Source: Cupriavidus necator
GTDB taxonomy: Bacteria; Pseudomonadota; Gammaproteobacteria; Burkholderiales; Burkholderiaceae
Length of the DNA: 32,000 nucleotides
Direction: 5' to 3'
Assembly: GCF_016127575.1 (NCBI RefSeq)
Contig: NZ_CP066018.1
Span: 1,050,001 to 1,082,000, forward strand
The notes under the pieces were generated by a model. It was not told the DNA's origin. It worked only from the letters and a program-made list of their open reading frames with translations, and searched no databases. Position numbers and translations under genes: made by a program. Shown here in pieces: positions 1-11,379 of this stretch (its first letter is position 1; each line of letters starts with the position of its first letter).

Positions 1-2741
1 TCGGCCACGTCCGAGAACTCGTCCCAGTGCTTGACCGAGATGCCGCGGCGGGTCTGCTCTTCGTACAGGAAGGCCTCGACCAGCAGCGAGGTCGCCAGGA
101 TCTTGTTGCGCGGGCTGTACAGCAGGTTGGCGCGCGGCACGTGCGTGGCGCACACCGGCTTGCACTTGCCGCAGCGCAGGCAGTCCTTGACGCTCTCGGC
201 AATCGCGCCGATATCGCTCTGCTGCATGATGATCGACTCATGCCCCATCAGGCCGAACGACGGCGTGTAGGCATTGCGCAGGTCGGCGCCGGGCAGCAGC
301 TTGCCCTTGTTGAAGCGCCCTTGCGGATCGACCTTCAGCTTGTAGGCGCGGAAGTCGCCGATCTCTTCCTCGGTCAGGAATTCCAGCTTGGTGATGCCGA
401 TGCCGTGCTCGCCCGAGATCACGCCGTCGAGCGACCGCGCCAGGTCCATGATACGGGCCACCGCGCGATGCGCGTCCTGCAGCATGTCGTAGTCGTCGGA
501 GTTGACCGGGATATTGGTGTGCACGTTGCCGTCGCCGGCGTGCATGTGCAGCGCCACGAAGACGCGGCCGCGCAGCACCTGCTTGTGGATCTTCTGGGCT
601 TCGTCCAGGATCGGCTTGAACTCGCCGCCGTTGAAGATCTTGCGCAATTCGGCGCGGATCTCCGCCTTCCAGGACACGCGGATGGTGCGGTCCTGCAGCA
701 GGTGGAACACGGTGGCATCAGGCTGATGCTGCAGGCGCGCATCGAACTCCTGCCCCAGCAGTCCCAGCCCGTGCCCGATCAGCGAGGCCTTGGCCTGCGT
801 CAGCGGCACGTCCATGTGGTCCTGCAGGTAACGCCAGCGCGCGCGGATCTCACGCAGCAGCGTCAGCGCGTGCTGCACGCGGTCTTCCAGCAGCTCGGCG
901 CTGGGGATCTCGTTGGCGTCGTCGCTGCGGCCCAGCGGCAGGTTGCCGCGCGCGAAGAACGCTTCGAGCGTGTCGACCAGCTTGAGCTTGCTCTTGATCG
1001 ACAGCTCGATATTGATGCGCTCGATGCCGTCGGTGTACTCGCCCATCCGGTTCAGCGGGATCACCACGTCTTCGTTGATCTTGAAGGCGTTGGTGTGCTT
1101 GGCGATGGCGGCGGTACGCGAACGGTCCAGCCAGAACTTCTTGCGCGCCTCGGGGCTGACGGCGATAAAGCCTTCGCCGCTCTTGCCGTTGGCCATGCGG
1201 ATCACTTCCGAGGTGGCGCGCGCCACGGCGTCTTCATCGTCGCCGACGATATCGCCGATCAGCACCATCTTCGGGAAGGCGTTGCGCTTGCTCTTGGTGG
1301 CGTAGCCGACCGCGCGCAGGTAGCGCTCGTCCAGGTGCTCCAGGCCGGCCAGGATGGCGCCGCCGGGCTTCTTGGTCTCGGCGTCGAGGAAGTCCTTGAT
1401 CTCGACGATGCTGGGGATCGCGTCGCGCGCCTGGCCGAAGAACTCCAGGCAGACCGTGCGGATGAATTTCGGCATGCGGTGCAGGATCCAGCGCGCGCTG
1501 GTGATGATGCCGTCGCAGCCTTCCTTCTGCACGCCGGGCAGGCCGGCCAGGAACTTGTCGGTGACGTCCTTGCCCAGGCCTTCCTTGCGGAACTTGCGGC
1601 CCTCGATGGCCAGCGTCTCGGTGCGCAGCACCTTCTCGCCCGGGGCGCGGTTGCCGTCCGACCATTTCAGTTCGAAGGTGGCCACCGGCACGTCGTGGAT
1701 CTTGCCCAGGTTGTGGTCCAGCCGGGTGATCTCCAGCCAGTTGCCTTCCGGATCCACCATGCGCCACCAGGCCAGGTTGTCCAGCGCGGTGCCCCACAGC
1801 ACGGCCTTCTTGCCGCCCGCGTTCATGGCCACGTTGCCGCCGATGCACGAGGCATCGATCGAGGTCGGGTCGACCGCGAACACCAGGCCTGCCTTGTCGG
1901 CAGCGTCGGCCACGCGGCGCGTCACCACGCCGGCGCCGGAGAAGATGGTCGCGACCTTGTGCGACACGCCCGGCAGGTCGGTTTGCTCCACCGGCCCGAG
2001 CTGCTCCAGCTTCTCGGTATTGATCACCGCGCTCATCGGCGTCAGCGGCACGGCGCCGCCGGTATAGCCGGTGCCGCCCCCGCGCGGAATGATGGTCAGG
2101 CCCAGTTCGAAGCAGCCCTTGACCAGCCCGGCGATCTCTTCCTCGGTATCGGGCGTCAGCACCACGAACGGGTATTCCACGCGCCAGTCGGTGGCGTCGG
2201 TCACGTGCGACACGCGCGACAGGCCATCGAACTTGATGTTGTCCTTCTGCGTGACCTTGCCCAGCACGCGCTGCGCGCGCTTGCGCAGGTCGTAGGCCGC
2301 GGCGAATTCGTTCTTGAAGTCCTCGATCGCCTGCTTGGCGAAGGCGACCAGCTGCTCCACGCGGTGCGAACGGTCCTCGGCGGCGGGCTCGGCGTGCTCG
2401 GCACGGTCGGCGGCGCGGCGCTTCTCGATCTCGTTCAGGCGGTGGTGCAGCGCGCTGACCAGCATCTGGCGGCGCTTGGGATTTTCCAGCAGGTCGTCCT
2501 GCAGGTAGGGATTGCGGCGGACCACCCAGATATCGCCCAGCACCTCGTACAGCATGCGGGCCGAGCGGCCGGTGCGGCGCTCGCTGCGCAGCTCGTCCAG
2601 GATGCGCCAGGCTTCCTCGCCCAGCAGGCGGATGACAATCTCGCGGTCCGAGAAGGACGTGTAGTTATAAGGGATTTCACGCAGGCGCGGCGGGGCGTCC
2701 TGCGCGGCGAGCTTGGCGTCGAGCACGAGTGGGGCGTTCAT
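1..2741 (-). CDS. Large fused oxidoreductase: N-terminal DUF3683-like region, FAD-binding (GlcD/PCMH-type) oxidase domain and the start of a C-terminal Fe-S (GlcF/CCG-type) part. The 3' end lies beyond the window start.
   Basis: Hand translation of the minus strand from the ATG at 2741-2739 stays open to nt 1 (913 codons): [36 protein letters not shown]... Motifs read: [16 protein letters not shown] (FAD binding), [15 protein letters not shown] (FAD-oxidase C-terminal domain) and [11 protein letters not shown] (Fe-S Cys cluster, about nt 150-185). It is missing from the ORF track because it has no stop inside the window. The + strand ORF 27..2867 is its antisense shadow. Confidence 0.85.
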   Translation of the reverse strand, partial: MNAPLVLDAKLAAQDAPPRLREIPYNYTSFSDREIVIRLLGEEAWRILDELRSERRTGRSARMLYEVLGDIWVVRRNPYLQDDLLENPKRRQMLVSALHHRLNEIEKRRAADRAEHAEPAAEDRSHRVEQLVAFAKQAIEDFKNEFAAAYDLRKRAQRVLGKVTQKDNIKFDGLSRVSHVTDATDWRVEYPFVVLTPDTEEEIAGLVKGCFELGLTIIPRGGGTGYTGGAVPLTPMSAVINTEKLEQLGPVEQTDLPGVSHKVATIFSGAGVVTRRVADAADKAGLVFAVDPTSIDASCIGGNVAMNAGGKKAVLWGTALDNLAWWRMVDPEGNWLEITRLDHNLGKIHDVPVATFELKWSDGNRAPGEKVLRTETLAIEGRKFRKEGLGKDVTDKFLAGLPGVQKEGCDGIITSARWILHRMPKFIRTVCLEFFGQARDAIPSIVEIKDFLDAETKKPGGAILAGLEHLDERYLRAVGYATKSKRNAFPKMVLIGDIVGDDEDAVARATSEVIRMANGKSGEGFIAVSPEARKKFWLDRSRTAAIAKHTNAFKINEDVVIPLNRMGEYTDGIERINIELSIKSKLKLVDTLEAFFARGNLPLGRSDDANEIPSAELLEDRVQHALTLLREIRARWRYLQDHMDVPLTQAKASLIGHGLGLLGQEFDARLQHQPDATVFHLLQDRTIRVSWKAEIRAELRKIFNGGEFKPILDEAQKIHKQVLRGRVFVALHMHAGDGNVHTNIPVNSDDYDMLQDAHRAVARIMDLARSLDGVISGEHGIGITKLEFLTEEEIGDFRAYKLKVDPQGRFNKGKLLPGADLRNAYTPSFGLMGHESIIMQQSDIGAIAESVKDCLRCGKCKPVCATHVPRANLLYSPRNKILATSLLVEAFLYEEQTRRGISVKHWDEFSDVA

Positions 2742-2842
2742 TGGGGGACCGCTTCCTGCTGCGCACGGGGACTGTGCGCGAATCGTTCATTAAAGGGCGA
2801 TTGTACTTCAACCCCTGCTTTCGCCGCACCGCAACATAGAGG

Positions 2843-2865
2843 AATCCTTGTCGGAACAAGGGATT
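2843..2865 (-). terminator. Weak candidate intrinsic terminator downstream of the yqaA-like gene
   Basis: The minus-sense RNA reads AAUCCCUUGU-UCCG-ACAAGGAUU, a 9-bp stem with one bulged C, followed by CCUCUAUGUUG (moderately U-rich). It lies about 57 nt past the stop at 2922. There is no strong U-tract, so this is tentative. Confidence 0.3.
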
Positions 2866-2921
2866 AGGCAGCTTTCTGGCCTGGCAATGGCGCCCCACGG
2901 TGGTGCCGGCAACGCACCGGA

Positions 2922-3500
2922 TCAGAACCAGGCCTTGAACGTTTGCGCAATGTTCTGCCAAAAACTGTCCGGGATCCAAAGCAGGCTGGCGGTCATGAAC
3001 AGATAGCGGATGAACTTGCCGACCGCCATCCAGGCCAGGCTGGGCCAGAAGGAGAGGCGCAGCCAGCCGGCTAAAGTGCACAAAGGATCACCAATGCCGG
3101 GCAACCACGAGAACAGCAGCGTAGGCGGCCCAAGCCGGCGCATCCACCGGAAGTAGCGCGCGTCGAGCTTGGGCTTGGGCGGTTTGCGCGCGTGCTCGCG
3201 GTGCTCCAGGTGCTCACGGTCGTGCTCGCGCGCCCGGCGCCGCTTGTGGTAGCGCACCAGCGCCAGCTTGGCGGCATAGCCCAGCCACCAGTCGATGGCG
3301 CCGCCCACGGTGTTGCCGGCAGTGGCCACCACGATCGCCGGCCAGAACATCTGCGGGTTGAGCTTGACGTAGCCGAACACCGCCGGCTCCGAGCCCAGCG
3401 GCAGCAGCGTGGCCGAGATCAGGCTGACCACAAAGATCGCGGGCAGGCCCACCTTGGGCAGGGCAATGGTTTCGAACAGCCAGTCGAAGAAGGCTTCCAT
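2922..3500 (-). CDS. YqaA/DedA-related inner-membrane protein (192 aa)
   Basis: This is ORF 2922..3590 trimmed to the internal ATG at 3500 (MEAFFDWLFETIALPKVGLPAIFVVSLISATLLPLGSEP...), which is a YqaA-like N-terminus. Several hydrophobic helices are present, plus the LPGIGDPL motif typical of the DedA/SNARE-associated fold. The upstream 30 codons are Pro/Gly/Arg-rich and look non-coding. Confidence 0.75.
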   Translation of the reverse strand: MEAFFDWLFETIALPKVGLPAIFVVSLISATLLPLGSEPAVFGYVKLNPQMFWPAIVVATAGNTVGGAIDWWLGYAAKLALVRYHKRRRAREHDREHLEHREHARKPPKPKLDARYFRWMRRLGPPTLLFSWLPGIGDPLCTLAGWLRLSFWPSLAWMAVGKFIRYLFMTASLLWIPDSFWQNIAQTFKAWF

Positions 3501-3846
3501 GTCAGGGTGAGCAAGGGGGCCGGGCCATTCTAGCAGCGGCCCTGCCAGGACCCCGCCCCGCGAATGGGGAGCGGGCAAACCACATGGCACCTGTGCTGGA
3601 TTTGTGATTAACTGTTAGAGCCTGTTGTGGCCAATCGTTCGCCGGCCGCAGCATTCGCGCCAGCATTGAAGCCGCTCGCCGCGTGCGCTGGCGCACCTAC
3701 AGCAGTTGTAGCGGCAGCACCAATATCACGAATTAGCCGTCCTATAGCCGTCTTAAGCGGCAGTACCGCGTCGTGGCCAGTCCCACGCAGTTCTTTCGGG
3801 ATTTCGGGCAATTGGTCATGCGCGTCCACCCCACATGGAGACAAGC

Positions 3847-4335
3847 ATGGCGATTCCGATCCGCCTGACGGTCAACGGCAAGCCCGTTGACGCGCAGGTA
3901 GAACCCAACACCCTCCTGGTCCAGTTCCTGCGCGAACAATTGCGCCTGACCGGCACCCACGTCGGCTGCGACACCGCGCAGTGCGGCGCCTGCACGGTCC
4001 ACCTGGATGGCCGGGCGGTCAAGTCGTGCAATATCCTCGCGGTCCAGGCCGACGGCGCCGCCGTGACCACCATTGAGGGCCTCGCCGCTCCCGGCACGCT
4101 GCACCCGATGCAGGAAGCCTTCCGCGAATGCCACGGCCTGCAATGCGGCTTCTGCACGCCGGGCATGGTGATGAGCGCCACCGCGCTGGTGCAGGAACAT
4201 CCGGGCGCCGACGCCGCCACCATCCGCGCCCACCTGGAAGGCAACCTGTGCCGCTGCACGGGCTACCACAACATCGTGCGCGCAGTGCAGCAGGGCCAGG
4301 CGGCCATGCAGGGCACCGCCGCCAGCGCTGAATAA
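3847..4335 (+). CDS. coxS: [2Fe-2S] small subunit of an aerobic CO-dehydrogenase/xanthine-dehydrogenase-family molybdo-hydroxylase (CoxS-like)
   Basis: [14 protein letters not shown]... Cys motifs [18 protein letters not shown] and CRCTGY indicate two 2Fe-2S sites. The second ATG (3847) is chosen because GGAGA lies 6 nt upstream. The track start at 3835 is an alternative. Confidence 0.92.
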   Translation: MAIPIRLTVNGKPVDAQVEPNTLLVQFLREQLRLTGTHVGCDTAQCGACTVHLDGRAVKSCNILAVQADGAAVTTIEGLAAPGTLHPMQEAFRECHGLQCGFCTPGMVMSATALVQEHPGADAATIRAHLEGNLCRCTGYHNIVRAVQQGQAAMQGTAASAE

Positions 4336-4347
4336 GGGGGACCGGCC

Positions 4348-6723
<2,376 letters not shown>

Positions 6724-6750
6724 CCCACGCACACCGCAAAGGAAACCGAC

Positions 6751-7551
6751 ATGTACGCATTCAATTTTGAACGCGCCGCGGATGCCAAGGCGGCCGTGGC
6801 CACGCTCAGGGCCGATCCCGACGCCAAGTTCCTCGGCGGCGGCCAGAGCCTGCTGGCCGCGATGAAACTGCGGCTGGCCGCGCCCTCCGTGCTGGTGGAC
6901 GTGGCGCGTATTCCCGGCATGGCCGAGATCCGCGTCGAAGGCAATGAGATCGTGGTCGGCGGCGCCGCGCGCCATGCCGATGTGGCCGAGCATGCCGAGG
7001 TGCGCCGGCGCATCCCGGCGCTGGCGGCACTGGCCGGCGGCATCGGCGACCGCCAGGTGCGCGCCATGGGCACCATCGGCGGCGCGCTCGCCAATGACGA
7101 TCCCGCTGCCGACTATCCCGCGGGTGTGCTGGGGCTCGGGGCGACCGTGGTCACCGACCGCCGCACCATCGCCGCCGACGACTTCTTCAAGGGCCTCTAT
7201 GAGACCGCGCTGGAACCGGACGAGCTGATCACCGCGGTGCGCTTCCCGATCCCGGAGCAGGCGGCCTACGCCAAGTTCCGCAACCCGGCCTCGCGCTTCG
7301 CGCTGGTGGGCGTGATGGTGGCGCGCACCGGCAACACGGTGCGCGTGGCGGTGACAGGCGCGGCCGACAGCGTGTTCCGCTGCCAGCCGCTGGAGCAGGC
7401 GCTGTCGGCCGCCTTCACCGCGCAGGCGGCGCGTGGGGTGAAGGTCGATGCGTCGACGCTGAATGCCGACCTGCATGCGTCGGCGGAGTACCGGGCGCAT
7501 CTGATCCCGGTGCTGGCGGCAAGGGCAGTGGAGGCGGCGGCGAAGGGGTAG
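6751..7551 (+). CDS. coxM: FAD-binding medium subunit (CoxM-like)
   Basis: The Shine-Dalgarno AAGGAAA is present. Motifs are KFLGGGQSLLAAMKLR and GTIGGALANDDP (FAD-binding, PCMH type), plus a CO-dehydrogenase flavoprotein C-terminal-like end (ASAEYRAHL). Confidence 0.9.
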   Translation: MYAFNFERAADAKAAVATLRADPDAKFLGGGQSLLAAMKLRLAAPSVLVDVARIPGMAEIRVEGNEIVVGGAARHADVAEHAEVRRRIPALAALAGGIGDRQVRAMGTIGGALANDDPAADYPAGVLGLGATVVTDRRTIAADDFFKGLYETALEPDELITAVRFPIPEQAAYAKFRNPASRFALVGVMVARTGNTVRVAVTGAADSVFRCQPLEQALSAAFTAQAARGVKVDASTLNADLHASAEYRAHLIPVLAARAVEAAAKG

Positions 7552-7572
7552 CGCTTCGCCGCCGCTTGTTGT

Positions 7573-7603
7573 CTCCCCTCTCCCGCACGGCGGGAGAGGG
7601 GAG
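7573..7603. repeat. REP-like perfect hairpin in the coxM-coxD spacer
   Basis: CTCCCCTCTCCCGC-acg-GCGGGAGAGGGGAG is a 14-bp perfect stem (7573-7586 / 7590-7603) with a 3-nt loop. No U-tract follows. It sits 22 nt after the coxM stop and 44 nt before the coxD ATG. Confidence 0.6.
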
Positions 7604-7646
7604 CAAACCGCCGGCGCTTTTGTGGCGTTGGCACACAAGATTGCTC

Positions 7647-8543
7647 ATGCTTCCCACCTCCATCGACGACACCATCGCCCAGCTGGAACGCCAGCAATAC
7701 TTCGCCGACCGCGAGACCGCCACGGTGCTCTATCTCGCCCTGCGCATGCAGCGGCCGCTGTTCCTGGAAGGCGAGCCCGGCGTCGGCAAGACCGCCATGG
7801 CGCAAGCGATGGCGGGCGTGCTCGGCACGCGGCTGCTGCGGCTGCAATGCTATGAAGGGCTGGACGCCGCCAGCGCGCTGTACGAATGGGACTACCCGCG
7901 CCAGATCATGGCGCTGCGCCTGGCCGAGGCGCGCGGCGAGCGGCCCGAGGCGCAGTCGCTGTACCACGATGACTACCTGCTCAAGCGCCCGCTGCTGGAA
8001 TCCCTGCTGCCCGACCCCGCCGCGCCCGACGTGCCGCGCGTGCTGCTGATCGATGAGATCGACCGCGCCGACGAGCCCTTCGAAGCGTTCCTGCTGGAGG
8101 TGCTGTCCGAATTCCAGGTGTCGATCCCCGAGATCGGCGTGATCCGCGCCGAGCGCCCGCCGCTGATCGTGATCACCTCCAACCGCACCCGCGAAGTCCA
8201 CGACGCCCTCAAGCGCCGCTGCCTGTACCAGTGGATGGGATACCCCGAGCGCGACCGCGAACTGCAGATCGTGGCCGCGCGCGCGCCCGAGGCCGCCGCG
8301 GCGCTGCAGGCCCAGGCCATCGACTTTATCCACCGGCTGCGCGGCATCGACCTGTTCAAGGCGCCGGGCATCGCCGAGGCCATCGACTGGTGCCGCGCGC
8401 TGTCCGCGCTGGGCGCGACCGAGCTCGATCCGCAGTCCGTGCGCGACACGCTGGGCGTGCTGCTCAAGTACCAGGACGACCTGGCGCGCGTGGACGGCCC
8501 CACCGTGGCCGAGCTGCTGGCGGGTGCCACGCCGGGAGGCTGA
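7647..8543 (+). CDS. coxD: MoxR-family AAA+ ATPase (CoxD-like)
   Basis: Walker A is LEGEPGVGKT and Walker B is VLLIDEIDRA. The start is set at the internal ATG 7647 (MLPTSIDDTIAQLERQQYF...). The 27 upstream codons of track ORF 7566 run through the REP hairpin and are probably not coding. Confidence 0.88.
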   Translation: MLPTSIDDTIAQLERQQYFADRETATVLYLALRMQRPLFLEGEPGVGKTAMAQAMAGVLGTRLLRLQCYEGLDAASALYEWDYPRQIMALRLAEARGERPEAQSLYHDDYLLKRPLLESLLPDPAAPDVPRVLLIDEIDRADEPFEAFLLEVLSEFQVSIPEIGVIRAERPPLIVITSNRTREVHDALKRRCLYQWMGYPERDRELQIVAARAPEAAAALQAQAIDFIHRLRGIDLFKAPGIAEAIDWCRALSALGATELDPQSVRDTLGVLLKYQDDLARVDGPTVAELLAGATPGG

Positions 8544-8545
8544 AG

Positions 8546-9802
8546 ATGGCCACGCTGCACGCCGCCGCACGGCCCGCCGCACCGGCCCTGCCGGTGCTGG
8601 CGCGCAATGTCACGCACTTCATGCGGCTGTTGCGCGACGGCGGCTTCGCGCTGTCGCCGGCCCATGCTGTCGATGCCTTGGAGGCGCTGCGCCATATCGA
8701 TATCGGCCAGCGCGACGAGGTACGCGCCGCGCTGGCGGCGCTGGTGCTGTCCGGCCCCGACCAGCGCCCGCTGTTCGATGCCGCCTTCGACCTGTTCTGG
8801 CGCGATCCCGACTGGGAAGGCAAGCTGCGCGCGCTGCTGCTGCCGCGCGTCGACAGCGGCGCGCCGCCACCGAAACGCAGCAACCGGCTGGCCGATGCCC
8901 TGGCCGCGCGCCAGCCCGAAGCGCAGTCACGTCCGGCACAGGCCGAAGCCGAGCGCATCCACGTGCCGCTGACCTTCTCCGACCAGGAACGCCTGGCGCA
9001 GCGCGACTTTGAAACCCTGACCGCGCAGGAATGGCGCGCGCTGCAGCACCTGGTGCGCACGCGCCGCGCCCACCTGGCCTTGCAGCGCACCCGCCGCCTG
9101 CGCGCCGCCACTTGTGGCACCCATGCCGACCTGCGCGCCAGCGCGCGCCTGGCGGTGCGCCAGCATGGCGAGTGGCTGCGCTGGAAATTCCGCAAGCACG
9201 CCGAGCGCAAGCCGCCGGTGGTGCTGCTGCTCGACATCTCCGGCTCGATGAGCCAGTACTCGCGCGCGGTGCTGTACTTCTGCCATGCGCTGATGCAGTC
9301 GCGCGAGCGGCTGTCGGTATTCCTGTTCGGCACGCGGCTGACCAACATCACGCGCTCGCTGCGCGAACGCGACCCCGACGAGGCCGTCGCGCTGATCACC
9401 GGCCAGGTGCGCGACTGGGCCGGCGGCACCCGCATCGGCGCGGCGCTGGCCAGCTTCAACCGCCATTGGGCGCGGCGCACGCTGTCCGGGCGCGCCACCG
9501 TACTGCTGGTCACCGACGGCCTGGACCACGAGCATATCGACCTGCTCGGCGACGAAATGGCACGGCTGCGCCGCTTTGCGCACCGCATCGTCTGGCTCAA
9601 CCCGCTGCTGCGCTACCCCGGCTTCACCCCGCAGGCGCGTGGCGTGCAAGCCATCCTGCCGCACGTGGACGCACTGCGCCCGGCCCATAACCTGGACAGC
9701 CTGCTGGCGCTCGAGACGCTGCTGTCCGACCATGGCGGCCCGCCCCGGGCCGCCACCCCTGCCCTCGCCAGGCACAACAAGGAAGCCCCGCCATGGAAAT
9801 GA
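8546..9802 (+). CDS. coxE: VWA-domain protein (CoxE-like)
   Basis: An internal ATG in the frame of ORF 8231..9802 lies 8 nt after GGGAGG and 2 nt after the coxD stop. The sequence is MATLHAAARPAAP..., with the MIDAS motif LLLDISGSMS (nt 9233-9250) and LLVTDGLD. Confidence 0.85.
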   Translation: MATLHAAARPAAPALPVLARNVTHFMRLLRDGGFALSPAHAVDALEALRHIDIGQRDEVRAALAALVLSGPDQRPLFDAAFDLFWRDPDWEGKLRALLLPRVDSGAPPPKRSNRLADALAARQPEAQSRPAQAEAERIHVPLTFSDQERLAQRDFETLTAQEWRALQHLVRTRRAHLALQRTRRLRAATCGTHADLRASARLAVRQHGEWLRWKFRKHAERKPPVVLLLDISGSMSQYSRAVLYFCHALMQSRERLSVFLFGTRLTNITRSLRERDPDEAVALITGQVRDWAGGTRIGAALASFNRHWARRTLSGRATVLLVTDGLDHEHIDLLGDEMARLRRFAHRIVWLNPLLRYPGFTPQARGVQAILPHVDALRPAHNLDSLLALETLLSDHGGPPRAATPALARHNKEAPPWK

Positions 9803-10350
9803 ACCAGAGCCAGCGCCTGCCGGTCCCGCAGCAGGTGGCATGGGAAGCGCTCAACGACACCGAGCTGCTCAAGCACTGCATCCCGGGATGTGAGAGTATC
9901 GAGCCCGACGGCGACAACGCGTACCAGCTGGCCCTGACGGCCGCGGTGGGCCCGGTCAAGGCGCGCTTCAAGGGCCGCATGGCACTGGAAGACATCCAGG
10001 CCCCCGACAGCTACACCATCCGTTTCGATGGCCAGGGTGGCGCGGCGGGATTCGGCAAGGGCAGCGCCCAGGTCCGGCTGGAAGCAGACGGTGACGAGAC
10101 CGTGCTGACCTACACCGTCAACGCCCACGTGGGGGGCAAGATCGCACAGATCGGCTCGCGGCTGGTGGACGCCGCGGCGCGCAAGATGGCAGACACCTTC
10201 TTTGCGCGCTTCACCGAGGCCGTCACCCCTGACGCCACCGACGAAACGCCAGCGGCCGAGAGCGCCCCCGCCGCGGCCGCCGGCGACAATGAACCAACAG
10301 AGGAACCGAAGCGGAAACGATCATGGACAGCGTGGATCTCGAAGTCCTGA
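9793..10350 (+). CDS. coxG: SRPBCC-fold carbon monoxide dehydrogenase subunit G (CoxG-like)
   Basis: MEMNQSQRLPVPQQVAWEALNDTELLKHCIPGCESIE...GPVKARFKG... is a typical CoxG. It overlaps the coxE stop. An alternative ATG at 9799 forms an ATGA overlap. The C-terminal roughly 45 aa form an Ala/Pro/Glu-rich tail. Confidence 0.8.
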   Translation: MEMNQSQRLPVPQQVAWEALNDTELLKHCIPGCESIEPDGDNAYQLALTAAVGPVKARFKGRMALEDIQAPDSYTIRFDGQGGAAGFGKGSAQVRLEADGDETVLTYTVNAHVGGKIAQIGSRLVDAAARKMADTFFARFTEAVTPDATDETPAAESAPAAAAGDNEPTEEPKRKRSWTAWISKS

Positions 10351-11360
10351 AGAACAGCGTGCAGTGGCAGCAGCAAGGCCATCGCGTGCTGCTGGTCACG
10401 GTAGTGCGGACCTGGGGCTCGTCGCCCCGGCCCGAAGGCGCGATGCTGGCCGTGCGCGACGACGGCCTGGTGGTGGGCTCGGTCTCGGGCGGCTGCATCG
10501 AGGACGACATCATCGACCGCGTGCGCCGGCAGGGCATCACCGCCGACCACCCGGAAGCGATCAAGTACGGCATCAGCGCCGAGGAAGCCCACCGCTTCGG
10601 GCTGCCGTGCGGCGGCACCATCGAGCTGGTGACCGAACCGCTGACCCCGGCCAGCGGCATCGCCGAGCTGCTCGATGCCGTTGAGAACGGCCGCCTGGTC
10701 GCGCGCACGCTCGACATGGCCACCGGCACCGCCACGCTGGGCCCGGCCAACGCCACCGACGGCCTGGTGTTCGACGGCAAGACCCTGCTGACCATCCACG
10801 GCCCGCGCTACCGCATGCTGGTGATCGGCGCCGGGCAGCTGTCCAAGTACCTGTGCCAGATCGCCGTGGGCCTGGGCTTCCAGGTCACCGTGTGCGACCC
10901 GCGCGAGGAATACACCGAGACCTGGGACATCCCCGGCGTGACCATGGTGCGCACCATGCCCGACGACACCGTCACCGACATGAAGCTGGACGAGCGCTGC
11001 GCCGTGATCGCGCTCACGCACGACCCCAAGCTGGACGACCTGGCGCTGATGGAAGCGCTGCGCACCCGCGCCTTCTACGTGGGCGCGCTGGGTTCGCGCC
11101 GCAACAACCAGGCGCGCCGCGAACGGCTCAAGGAATTCGACCTGACCGAGCTGCAGCTGGCGCGGCTGCATGGCCCCGTGGGCATCTACATCGGCAGCCG
11201 CACGCCGCCCGAGATCGCCATCTCGATCCTGGCCGAGGTGATCGCGGCCAGGAACCACGTATCGCTGCCCGACATCCTGCAGGTGGAAGGCGCCAAGGCC
11301 GCACGCGAGATGGCTGCCGGCACCGGCAGCAGCTGCGACGTCGCGCCCGATCCCACCTGA
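10323..11360 (+). CDS. XdhC/CoxI-family molybdenum-cofactor insertion chaperone
   Basis: The N-terminal domain is typical of XdhC/CoxI (VVRTWGSSPRPEGAMLAV...GSVSGGCIEDDI). The C-terminal Rossmann-like half reads MLVIGAGQLSKYL...THDPKLDD...YVGALGSRR. It overlaps the coxG tail by 28 nt. Confidence 0.85.
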   Translation: MDSVDLEVLKNSVQWQQQGHRVLLVTVVRTWGSSPRPEGAMLAVRDDGLVVGSVSGGCIEDDIIDRVRRQGITADHPEAIKYGISAEEAHRFGLPCGGTIELVTEPLTPASGIAELLDAVENGRLVARTLDMATGTATLGPANATDGLVFDGKTLLTIHGPRYRMLVIGAGQLSKYLCQIAVGLGFQVTVCDPREEYTETWDIPGVTMVRTMPDDTVTDMKLDERCAVIALTHDPKLDDLALMEALRTRAFYVGALGSRRNNQARRERLKEFDLTELQLARLHGPVGIYIGSRTPPEIAISILAEVIAARNHVSLPDILQVEGAKAAREMAAGTGSSCDVAPDPT

Positions 11361-11379
11361 CGACCTCGCAAGTGCCGCC

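Noticed and set aside
27-2867. 946-aa + strand ORF, the longest in the left part of the track
   Set aside because: Its composition is Ala/Arg/Leu/Gln/Asp-rich with no recognisable motifs. It lies exactly antisense to a minus-strand frame that translates into a clean FAD-oxidase/Fe-S protein. It is a high-GC antisense shadow.
3585-3600. TGGCAC-ctgtg-CTGGA, which at first glance looks like a sigma54 -24/-12 promoter
   Set aside because: With the obligatory GG-N10-GC spacing, the -12 dinucleotide is GG rather than GC. The essential GC is missing, so this is probably a chance TGGCAC.
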